The notes under the pieces were generated by a model. It saw only the letters and a list, made by a program, of their open reading frames with translations. It searched no databases and was not told the DNA's origin. 64,000 nucleotides of DNA, from assembly GCA_016871575.1 (NCBI GenBank), contig VHCW01000001.1, forward strand, positions 35,731 through 99,730, given 5' to 3'. A program made the translations under genes and the position numbers. Below are positions 17,887 to 26,781 of this stretch, piece after piece. Source of the stretch: Verrucomicrobiota bacterium. Its GTDB lineage: Bacteria; Verrucomicrobiota; Verrucomicrobiia; Palsa-1439. Every line of letters begins with the position of its first letter. Positions within the stretch are counted from its first letter, which is position 1.

Positions 17887-18999
17887 ATGAAGATTTTGGC
17901 GAAGTATATCATACGGCAGGTGGTCATCACGCTGTTTTTCAGCCTCGGCGTGTTCACCTTCGTCCTGTTGTTGGGGCGGATGCTGAAGAAACTCAGCGAG
18001 ATGCTGGTGAACCGTCACGTGAGCCTGGAGTCCATCGGGATGTTCATCGTGCTGCTGATGCCGTACGTGTTGAGCTTCACGCTGCCGATGGCGTTGCTGG
18101 CGGCGACGCTGCTGACGTTCGGGCGGATGAGCGCGGACAATGAGATCACCGCCATGCGGGCGAGCGGCATCGGGCTGGGCCGCGTGGCCGCGCCGGTGAT
18201 TTTGCTGGCGGCGGCGATGATGTGCGTTTCCCTGTACGTCAACACGACGCTCGCGCCACGATGCCGGCTGGCGTTTCGGACCCTGTTTCTGCACGTGAGC
18301 ACCCACCAGCCGGAGGCGTTGATTGAGGAGAAGACGTACGTGAAGGATTTTCCGGGTTACGTCATCTACGTCGGCAAGAAAAACAAGAATGTGATCGAAG
18401 ACATCACGTTGTACACGCTCGGCGCGGGCGGCAACGTGGCGTCGAGCTTGCGGGCGCAGCGCGGCATCATCACGGGAAAACCGGCGGAGCGAAAAGTCCT
18501 GCTGGAACTGTACCACGTGCGCGGCGAGATTCGCGACCCGAAAGACCCGACCGATCCGCGCAAGATTCGGCCGGGGATCACTGCGGAACATTACCCGGTC
18601 GAGCTTGACCTGGGGGCCGTCTATCAACAAACGATGACATCGCGCGGCGTGCAGGAATTGCAGATGCCGGAGCTGTTGGCCGAGATCCGCCATTTGCAGG
18701 CAAAAGGGCTTTATCCGTCGGTGGCCTTGATGGAGGCGCACCAACGCGTGGCGGGGGCGGTGGCGTGTGTCGCCTTTGTGCTGATTGGCATTCCGCTCGG
18801 CATCAAGACCAGCCGGCGGGAAACCTCCATCGGGATTGCGATCAGCCTCGCATTGTCAGTGGCTTATTATTTTACGATGGTGCTTGCCAACGCGCTCCGC
18901 AACAAACCACACCTCTTTCCAGAAGCGATTTTGTGGATGCCCAATCTCGTCTTCGAGTTGCTCGGCTTGTGGTTGCTCTGGCGCCTGTCGCGCGTTTAG
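17887..18999 (+). CDS. LptF/LptG family lipopolysaccharide export permease (YjgP/YjgQ).
   Basis: MKILAKYIIRQVVITLFFSLGVFTFVLLLG..., the typical LptF/G N-terminus. Confidence 0.78.
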   Translation: MKILAKYIIRQVVITLFFSLGVFTFVLLLGRMLKKLSEMLVNRHVSLESIGMFIVLLMPYVLSFTLPMALLAATLLTFGRMSADNEITAMRASGIGLGRVAAPVILLAAAMMCVSLYVNTTLAPRCRLAFRTLFLHVSTHQPEALIEEKTYVKDFPGYVIYVGKKNKNVIEDITLYTLGAGGNVASSLRAQRGIITGKPAERKVLLELYHVRGEIRDPKDPTDPRKIRPGITAEHYPVELDLGAVYQQTMTSRGVQELQMPELLAEIRHLQAKGLYPSVALMEAHQRVAGAVACVAFVLIGIPLGIKTSRRETSIGIAISLALSVAYYFTMVLANALRNKPHLFPEAILWMPNLVFELLGLWLLWRLSRV

Positions 19000-20621
19000 C
19001 GCCACGTGACGCTGAATCCGCGCTCGACGGCCTGCGCCCAGATGACCGCAACTTCGATTTCGCCTTTCGCAGGCCGGTACTCGTGTTGGCCGCTGTCCAG
19101 AAACCGGGGTTCGCGGAACGGCTCACCATTGAGATGCCCCTGCGCCACACCGGACCGGGTGACGAGGGTGTAACGCGCCGGGATGGAAATGTGAAATGGT
19201 ATCGGTCGCATCGAGGCCGGTTCCGGCGCCGTCAACCGGTGCCCCGCCACGCGCAACCGGCCGACAACGAGAAATTGACTTTGAAAAAACTCCTGGGCTG
19301 CCTTGGGAAACCCGCGCAGATTTTCGACGGCAACACACGCGCGCGTGGCGATGACGCGATCCACAATGTCATCAAGAGGTTCGCCCCGGTCAATCCGATG
19401 CATGGTGATGGCCACCAACGCATAGAAATAGGGCCGGCGTCGAAAGATCGTTTCCCCTTTCCGGTCCATGATGTAGTCGCCGGGATCCGTGAGCTGAAGC
19501 ACTTGCTGCAGCAGTTGCTCCTGTGCGCGGGGATTCCACTCATACCGAAACCGGTGATGGGCAAACAGGAGCACTCCGATCTCAAGGAGCACGACCCACA
19601 CCGGCCCCAAGGCCAACAGCAACGGCGCGAGCAACGCCATCACAAGCGGAACGGTCGGCAGCAACACGCCTTGATGAAGCGTGGGCGAGAACTGCCAAAA
19701 CACGACGGTAAATGAGCCGGTGAACAGAAGCACCGCCGCGCGTTTCACCCCCAGTTCCAGGCTTGGCGCGCGCCGGATCATTTCGCGCGCGCCCCAGCAC
19801 ACCAGCGCCGACGCCACAAGGAAGACCGGCCACCACCAGAGACTTGCGCGGAGAGAATCAACGCTGGCGATCGCATTGAAACCGAACGCCCAGCGGATCA
19901 GGTCCCCCAACAGTCCCTTCCAAACAAGGAACCCGATCAACCCAAGCGGAACAATGGCCGCCCCAAGACTCGCAATCGCGATGAACTTGATCGCCTGTTG
20001 TAGCGACAGGCGCGACCTCAGTTCAGGCACCAGTGCGACCAGCGCCACCAGCGTGATGCCAACGCACAACAACAACCAGACTGTTCTCTGCGAAACAGCA
20101 ACCGACGCACCGGCAAAAAAACCAGCCACGAGTGCGCGCCTCCACGTAAGCGGCCCACTGAGAAGCGCGGTCATTCCCAGCATCCAGACGGCGCCCCACA
20201 AGACATCCGTGCGGAATTGAAGCGCCACAAACATGAACGGCCCCAGCCACATCAGGAAAATGACCGCCCACAGCCCAACCCGTCTGGAATATAAGGCGCG
20301 ACTGATTGCATACGTGCAAACAATCATCACCACCGACAGCGGAATCATCTCCAGACGCATGACCGACACGATGTCGGCGCGTTCGCCGGCAGCGGCAAAC
20401 AGCGGCGCGCACAGCAAATGAAACAAGGGCATGTTGTTGGCAAAGATGTCGCGGTACTGCGCCAATCCCTGCGTCCAGCCCCAGACGATGTGCATGTGTT
20501 GCGTCTCATCCGGGTCAATGATCCAGTGAAACACGTGCCACAACCAGAGACTGACCCCCAGCGTCAGCAGTACGCCTGCCAACACCTTTTCGCGACGCGA
20601 CATGGATTCAACCGAGGACAT
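18996..20621 (-). CDS. Polytopic membrane protein, probably an ArnT/PMT-like (GT39/GT83-type) glycosyltransferase.
   Basis: More than 10 predicted transmembrane segments with an N-terminal DPDETQH loop. The family assignment is weak. Confidence 0.45.
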   Translation of the reverse strand: MSSVESMSRREKVLAGVLLTLGVSLWLWHVFHWIIDPDETQHMHIVWGWTQGLAQYRDIFANNMPLFHLLCAPLFAAAGERADIVSVMRLEMIPLSVVMIVCTYAISRALYSRRVGLWAVIFLMWLGPFMFVALQFRTDVLWGAVWMLGMTALLSGPLTWRRALVAGFFAGASVAVSQRTVWLLLCVGITLVALVALVPELRSRLSLQQAIKFIAIASLGAAIVPLGLIGFLVWKGLLGDLIRWAFGFNAIASVDSLRASLWWWPVFLVASALVCWGAREMIRRAPSLELGVKRAAVLLFTGSFTVVFWQFSPTLHQGVLLPTVPLVMALLAPLLLALGPVWVVLLEIGVLLFAHHRFRYEWNPRAQEQLLQQVLQLTDPGDYIMDRKGETIFRRRPYFYALVAITMHRIDRGEPLDDIVDRVIATRACVAVENLRGFPKAAQEFFQSQFLVVGRLRVAGHRLTAPEPASMRPIPFHISIPARYTLVTRSGVAQGHLNGEPFREPRFLDSGQHEYRPAKGEIEVAVIWAQAVERGFSVTWR

Positions 20622-20755
20622 GTGTGATTGTGCGGCACCTTGGCCGTCTCATTCGACAAAAACTGATAACCCATCCGGACTTGTGGTGGGAAGCACAAAA
20701 ACACCGGCGCTCAAGAAACGCCGCTGCCGTCTGTCAACTCGGTGAGGATGATAAC

Positions 20756-20956
20756 TTAGAGTTTAACGACGTTCTGGGCCTTCGCGCCTTTGGCATCCTC
20801 GATCAGGTCGAACTCGACGACCTGCCCCTCAGCCAGCGTCTTGAATCCCTCTCCCCGGATGGCCGAGAAATGCACAAACACATCAGGACCGCCGTCCCGC
20901 TGAATGAACCCATAACCCTTCTTGTCGTTGAACCACTTGACTGTGCCGCGAGCCAT
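20756..20956 (-). CDS. cspA: Cold-shock protein of the CspA family.
   Basis: [33 protein letters not shown]..., 66 aa, with a long 5' UTR. Confidence 0.92.
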   Translation of the reverse strand: MARGTVKWFNDKKGYGFIQRDGGPDVFVHFSAIRGEGFKTLAEGQVVEFDLIEDAKGAKAQNVVKL

Positions 20957-21075
20957 ACTATACCTCCGATACTAAACAAAAATCGCGATCGTTCAACGTG
21001 TTCGACCGCGATTCTACGTCAATTATTCATATTGCTTGTATCCGCGCGCCTTATACCAAGCGAAGGGGGCGTTTG

Positions 21076-23449
21076 TCAAAAAGTTTCCTTCCCCTCCGAA
21101 ACATCAAGAAATTCGCGGACTTTGCGGGCCAGGTTGGTGGGGGTATAGGGTTTTTGGAGAAAGGCAGTGTGGCTTTCTTCAATGCCTTCCTGCGTCAGGA
21201 CATCGCGGGTGTAGCCGGACGTGTACAACACTTTCAATGTCGGCCTTGTCTGCCGCAGTTTCACCACGAGGTCGCGGCCGCCCATTTGCGGCATCACCAC
21301 GTCGGTGAGCACAAGATCCGGCTGGATGCCGGGGGTGTCTGCCAGCAACGCGAGTGCCTCAACGCCGTTGGACGCGGGCCAGACGGTGTAGCCTTGTTCG
21401 CGCAACACGGTCGTGGCCAGCAAACGCAGCGCCGGCTCATCCTCGACGACGAGGATGATTTCGTTGCCCCGCGGCAACGCGGTGGAAGCGGGTGGAGGTT
21501 TGTACGAGGCCGTTTCGCCGGGCAGGCGGGGCAAATAGACTTTGACACACGTGCCCCGACCCGGCTCGCTGTACACCACGATGTGACCGCCGCTTTGCTT
21601 GACGATGCCATAGCTCGTGGCCAAACCGAGGCCGGTGGCGTGTCCGTCCTTCTTGGTGGTGAAGAATGGCTCGAACAAATGCGCCTGCACCTCGGGCGAC
21701 ATTCCGACGCCGGTATCGGTGACGGACAACAGCACGCAATCGCCGGTTTGGATGTCGTGGTGTTTGCCGGCATAGCTTTCGTCGAGCGTGGCGTGGGAGG
21801 TGGCAATGGTCAGTGTGCCGCCCTGCGGCATGGCGTCGCGGGCGTTGACAGCGAGGTTGAGAATGACCTGCTCGATCTGGCTGGGGTCGGTCCGGATGAG
21901 GCCGATCGGATCGGCAAGAGCGGTCCGCAAGAGGATGTCATCGCCGAGCACGCGGTGCAGCATGTGGCTCATTTCGGTGACGATCTGGTTCAGGTTGAGG
22001 ACGACGGGTTGCAGGACTTGCTTGCGGCTGAAGGCGAGCAACTGGCGTGTCAGATGCGCGGCGCGATAGGAGGCTTTTTCGACTTCGACAGCCTCGCGGC
22101 GCAACGGGTCATATTGCGGAAGGCGTCGCAGGATGACCTCATTGTAGCCCATGATGGCGGTGAGGATGTTGTTGAAATCATGGGCGACACCACCGGCGAG
22201 GCGGCCAATGGCTTCCAACTTGTTCGTGCGGCGGAGTTGTTCCTCCATGCGGCGGCGTTCCGTGATGTCCTGTTTGACGGCGATGAAATGCGTGATTTGC
22301 CCTTGGGCGCCATAGACGGGAGTGATCGTCTGCTCCTCGGTGTAGAGAGTTCCGTCCTTGCGTCTGTTGATCATTTCGCCCTGCCAGATGCGACCATTCA
22401 GGATGGTGTCCCAAAGTTCCTGGTAGAAACGGCGCGTATGCTGGCTGGACTTGAGGAAACGCGGGTTGCGGCCGATGGCTTCGGCGGGTTCGTAGCCGGT
22501 CAGGCGGCTGAAAGCGGGGTTGGCCCAGATGATGCGGCCGGCGCGGTCGGTGATGAGGATGCCGTTGGCTGCGGCTTCCACCGCGCTGGATTTCAACAGC
22601 AGTTCCTCTTCGGATCGCCGGCGCTGGGTGATGTCGTGGTTGATTTCCAGTGTGCAGAGTTTGCCGCCGATGCGCAGGGGGACGGTAATCCACTCGAAAT
22701 AGTTCTCCTTGCCGTCGGGCCGTATCCATGAGGAGACGCCTCGATAAGGCATTCCAGCGTCACGGGGCTGTCGCAGTTGGGCTTGCTCGGAAGGGCTGAG
22801 CGCGGAACGGGTCAACTGGGTGAGGTCTGGGCAATTCAACAATTCATCGCGGCCGCGGCCGGACATTTCGACGAAACAGTCGTTGCAGAACACGAGTTTG
22901 CGGTAGAACCGTTGCGTTCCGTCGGCGGCGCTGTATTCGGCGCATTCGACCATGGCGATGCCGTCTCGGGCATACTCCAGCAGCAGTCGGAATCGTTGTT
23001 CGCTGGCGCGCCAGATTTCCTCCATGCGGCGGCGCTCGTTGATGTTGCGCACGTTTGCCAAAATGCAGCTCCGGCCGGCAATCTGGCAGGGCCGCAACGC
23101 CACCTCCACCCAGAATCGCTCGTCATTGTGCCGTCGGGCAAGCCACTCAAACGTTTGGGGGCCTTCCTGAAAGGCGCGACGAATCCATTCCTGCGCGTCC
23201 TGCGCCGAATGCGGAGGCTGAATGCGGAGGCTTGCCATCGCTCCACAACTCAATATGATGTCCGACAATTTGCTCGCGGGTGCATCCGTACATTTCCAAG
23301 GCGGCGCGATTGACATCAAGCACCATCCCGCTGACAGGATCGTGCAGGAAGATGGCATCGCTGGTGTTGTTGTACACTTCGCGATACACCGCATCGTTAT
23401 CCGGCAATCGTTGGTTCGTTGTCTCTGGCACGCTTGCGTTTTCTCCCAC
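21076..23449 (-). pseudogene. Hybrid sensor histidine kinase/response regulator with N-terminal PAS domains, frameshifted near the 5' end by a 13-bp tandem duplication.
   Basis: Three PAS-like segments; HisKA (HDFNNILTAI); HATPase_c (GTGLGLATSYGIV); receiver (ILVVEDE...DLVLTDVVMPQMGG). The first PAS domain is split between ORF 23147..23449 and ORF 21076..23457. Removing one copy of gaatgcggaggct (23207..23232) joins them in frame. Confidence 0.7.
23207..23232. repeat. Perfect 13-bp tandem duplication (gaatgcggaggct x2) inside the sensor kinase gene.
   Basis: Read directly in the sequence: ...cgccgaatgcggaggctgaatgcggaggcttgccat... Confidence 0.85.
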
Positions 23450-23505
23450 GATTCCAACCTTACCGCTCCGGGGCGGTCAAGTCCAGTGGCTTGTGAAATT
23501 ACCGC

Positions 23506-25080
23506 TCACTTCGCAGCAGGGGCGGCTGGGACCACTGGGACCGCAGGCTCCGCGGGGGTCGCCGCGGGCGGATTGCGGTCGGCGGCGCAACGGAAACCGA
23601 CACGATCCGAACGCCACTCGCGCAAGTTGGTGGTCATGCGCACCGTGACCGCAAGGTTGGTGCTGGCCCAGTTGCCGCCGCGGATGACGGCGTTGTTGCG
23701 GTTGGATGTGTCGGTCCATTCGCTGACGCCACCGGCCATGCCAATGACGCCGTAAGGGCTTTTGTCCTTGGCAAACCGATAGACGGAGTACCAACGAAAT
23801 AATTTGTCAGTTCCATCCCAAGCACAAATGTTCTTGAACTCGTTGCCCCACGGAAATGCGCGCCCATCGGTGCCGCGCGCGGCTTTTTCCCATTCCTCCT
23901 CGGTGGGCAGGCGTTTGCCGCGCCAGTTGGCGTAGGCCCAGGCGTCAAACCAATCCACGCCGAACACGGGCGAATCCCACGTGATCCACGCGCCGTTGAG
24001 CAATTGACGGCTCTTGATCGCCTCGACAATCAGTTCCCAGTTCGCCGGCACGTGAAGTTTTTTCCGCGGGGCAAACGGATGCTCGCGCACCTCGTCCTTC
24101 AAGGATGCCTCCACGAATTCCTTGTACTCGCCGAAGGTCACTTCATAACGGTCAATCAAGAACGCCCCCAGTTTCTTGCGCTCATTGTTTTGATAAATGA
24201 ACTCACCGGCCGGCACCTCGACCATCGTGCCGATGTCGGTGGGGCGCTCGGTGGTCGTTGGACGCTTCGCGCGCATCAGCGACCAAGCCAACCAACCGAC
24301 GCCGCCAATCAACGCCAGCAACACCGCGACGCCGGTGATGACAAGCACCGGGGAGGCGCGCCGTTTGGCCACCACCGGCGCGACAGGCGGTTTGCGGGTG
24401 GCGGCCGGAAACAACTCGCGCTCCAACGCGGTGGCCGCCGCTGCCACTTCGGCCAGCGAGGAGAATTTTTTGCGGCTCTTCGTGTCCATCAACCGTTCGA
24501 CAAAGAAGCCGACGCGGCGACTGACGGTGCCGGCGGCGTTGGCCAGCGTCGCCACCAGCACGCCGAGCGTTTCCACGTCCTGCTCGGGCGAGCGGCTGCC
24601 GGGGCGCTCGGCGGGCTGGATGTTGATCATCTTCACGTGCCCGGCCTTGTTGGGAAGCAGGTTCGCCTCCAGCGGCGGCTGGTGCGGCACCTTGTTTTTC
24701 CAGAGCGCATCGAGCGTCGTCGCGATTTCGGCGACCATCCGCAACAAGCGGCGCTCGTCGGCGCGGCCGGACACGTTTGCCTTGCGCAGAAACTCGCGCA
24801 ACGGCGGCCCGTCCATCAATTCCATCGCGCAGTAGTGAACACCGCCGGCCGTGCCGACTTCATAGACGGCCACGACGCCGTCGAGGGAAACTTGGGCCGC
24901 CTGGCGGGCCGAGGCGAGGAATCGCTCGACTTTGTTCGGGTCGGCGGTCAGTTCCGGCAACAACACCTTCAGAGCCACCGGGCGGTTCACCGCCGTCTGC
25001 ATGGCGCGATACACCGGCCCCCATCGGGTCTGCCCGATTTGCTCCTCGATGAAATACGGACCTAGCATCGTGCCTTCCAT
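23506..25080 (-). CDS. Ser/Thr protein kinase with a transmembrane segment, fused to a C-terminal formylglycine-generating-enzyme (FGE/SUMF1) sulfatase domain.
   Basis: Kinase N-lobe (VALKVL...). C-terminal ..WGNEF...GGNWAS...RVGFRCA, the FGE-sulfatase family signature. A GAGGAA ribosome-binding site lies upstream of the ATG at 25080. Confidence 0.78.
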   Translation of the reverse strand: MEGTMLGPYFIEEQIGQTRWGPVYRAMQTAVNRPVALKVLLPELTADPNKVERFLASARQAAQVSLDGVVAVYEVGTAGGVHYCAMELMDGPPLREFLRKANVSGRADERRLLRMVAEIATTLDALWKNKVPHQPPLEANLLPNKAGHVKMINIQPAERPGSRSPEQDVETLGVLVATLANAAGTVSRRVGFFVERLMDTKSRKKFSSLAEVAAAATALERELFPAATRKPPVAPVVAKRRASPVLVITGVAVLLALIGGVGWLAWSLMRAKRPTTTERPTDIGTMVEVPAGEFIYQNNERKKLGAFLIDRYEVTFGEYKEFVEASLKDEVREHPFAPRKKLHVPANWELIVEAIKSRQLLNGAWITWDSPVFGVDWFDAWAYANWRGKRLPTEEEWEKAARGTDGRAFPWGNEFKNICAWDGTDKLFRWYSVYRFAKDKSPYGVIGMAGGVSEWTDTSNRNNAVIRGGNWASTNLAVTVRMTTNLREWRSDRVGFRCAADRNPPAATPAEPAVPVVPAAPAAK

Positions 25081-25087
25081 GCGTTCC

Positions 25088-25657
25088 TCACGGGGTTGAG
25101 ATTTCGAGTGTCATCGTATCTTGTGGTTGCTGCCGATAAAACGTCCGCACCGTGCAACGGGACACCGGCACGACGCCATCATAGCGCGCCGCCAGCGTCT
25201 TGACAGCAAAATTTTCCCACGCCACCGGCACGGCAAGCCATTCCACGCGCTGCGAGCCGTCCGTCAACTGCCATTCCACGCTCACGTGCGCCGCCGCGGC
25301 GTGAAACTCCCGCTCGCCCGTCTGCGCCCGCAACTGCAACTGCAACAGCACGCCGTCGCGGTGCGCCCGTTGAATCTTCAACGACGGATTCAACAACGGC
25401 TCCGACACGGTCGCCGTGGAGGCGGTCACAAGGCCGGTGACCAGCGGCGAGATGGTGTTGCTGGCGGCCGTGTTGCTCGATAACAGCGTGTACAATTCCA
25501 CGATTTCCGTTGATTGGACGGGCATCCGCGGCGAACGGTGCGACTGGAACAACCACACCAACAACGCGACTTCGCCAAGAATCAACAACGCCACGCAGAC
25601 AGCCGCCGCAATTTGCAGGCTGTCGAGCGGGCGCCGGTTTTGTTCGTGCTGTTCCAC
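25088..25657 (-). CDS. Hypothetical membrane-anchored protein, directly upstream of and co-oriented with the kinase-FGE gene.
   Basis: One N-terminal transmembrane helix ([22 protein letters not shown]). Confidence 0.4.
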   Translation of the reverse strand: MEQHEQNRRPLDSLQIAAAVCVALLILGEVALLVWLFQSHRSPRMPVQSTEIVELYTLLSSNTAASNTISPLVTGLVTASTATVSEPLLNPSLKIQRAHRDGVLLQLQLRAQTGEREFHAAAAHVSVEWQLTDGSQRVEWLAVPVAWENFAVKTLAARYDGVVPVSRCTVRTFYRQQPQDTMTLEISTP

Positions 25658-25737
25658 CGTCGGTTTTATCTTAACATAATGTCGCCTGATTTCGCAGTGG
25701 AAACTTCGCGCCCGCCACGCTAGACTGAAAACAAGTC

Positions 25738-26646
25738 ATGCATATTCGCTGTCAGAATTGCGGGGAACGCCTGGTCGCGCCGCCGTTGCAGCCAACGGAG
25801 ACAACGGCGGAACTGATTTGTCACGCCTGCGGCGTCACCATGCGCGTGCGCCGGCCGGCGGCACCGGCCAAAGACCCGCATGCGGGCCGCGCCCTCAACC
25901 CCGCCGAGGGGGAACCGCGCCCCTCCGAACACACGTGGAGGCGCGTCTTTGAACCGGTGCCACGCCTGCTCATCTATCTGGCCGGCTTCGGCGTGGCCGT
26001 GGTGTTGCTCTCGCCGTTCTGGGTGGTCTGGTTGCAGGAACGCTACGCGCGGAACCCGATCATTCTCAGCGACGACACCGCCGACATCGCGATGTCCCCG
26101 GCCACCAATCCGGCCATGCCGATCATGACGGTGCCGGATCTTCCGTCAACCACGCTTGACCAGTATCACAACGTGCGCCTCGAAGCGGGCCGCGAGGACG
26201 TGCAGCACCGTTTCAACCTGACCCTCCAGAACACCCGCGGCATGGAACCGGAAATCTACGAGGCCACCAAGGGCATCGAGTTCGAGCGGTTCACCGCGCA
26301 TTTCTACAACAGCACGATGAAGGAAGTCTGGCTGGTCCGCCGCGAACAACGCACCTTCGCCGACGCCATTCAAAAGGACTTGGTCGAGCAGTTCAGCGCG
26401 CCTGTCGAGCAATCGGAAATCGCCGGGCCGCTTCCGTCCAGTTCCCCGTTCAGCTTGGGCGGCAACGAACTGGCACGCAAACTGGAGGGCTTTGCCTTTC
26501 ACCGCAGCCTGATATGGACCGACGCCCAATATCGCGTCGAAGCCGTCATCCACTACAGTTCCGCCGATCCCGCGGAATGCCGCTCGATGCTGGCGCTGCA
26601 CATGAGCGCCTACGCGTGGTTGAAAAAACGCCAGCCATTGCGCTGA
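25738..26646 (+). CDS. Hypothetical zinc-ribbon membrane protein.
   Basis: N-terminal CxxC...CxxC (MHIRCQNCGERL...ICHACG) and one transmembrane segment. Confidence 0.4.
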   Translation: MHIRCQNCGERLVAPPLQPTETTAELICHACGVTMRVRRPAAPAKDPHAGRALNPAEGEPRPSEHTWRRVFEPVPRLLIYLAGFGVAVVLLSPFWVVWLQERYARNPIILSDDTADIAMSPATNPAMPIMTVPDLPSTTLDQYHNVRLEAGREDVQHRFNLTLQNTRGMEPEIYEATKGIEFERFTAHFYNSTMKEVWLVRREQRTFADAIQKDLVEQFSAPVEQSEIAGPLPSSSPFSLGGNELARKLEGFAFHRSLIWTDAQYRVEAVIHYSSADPAECRSMLALHMSAYAWLKKRQPLR

Positions 26647-26781
26647 CAGATCCGAACCCCATGCCGCAGGGGTGATCAGGGTTTCTGCCCCGGCACAGGT
26701 CGCGACCGACGGTTTCCCGCTTGTTGCGGCACGGGGACAAACAAACAACGCGGTCAGGAGTCCTGCGCCGAATGGGTGTGC

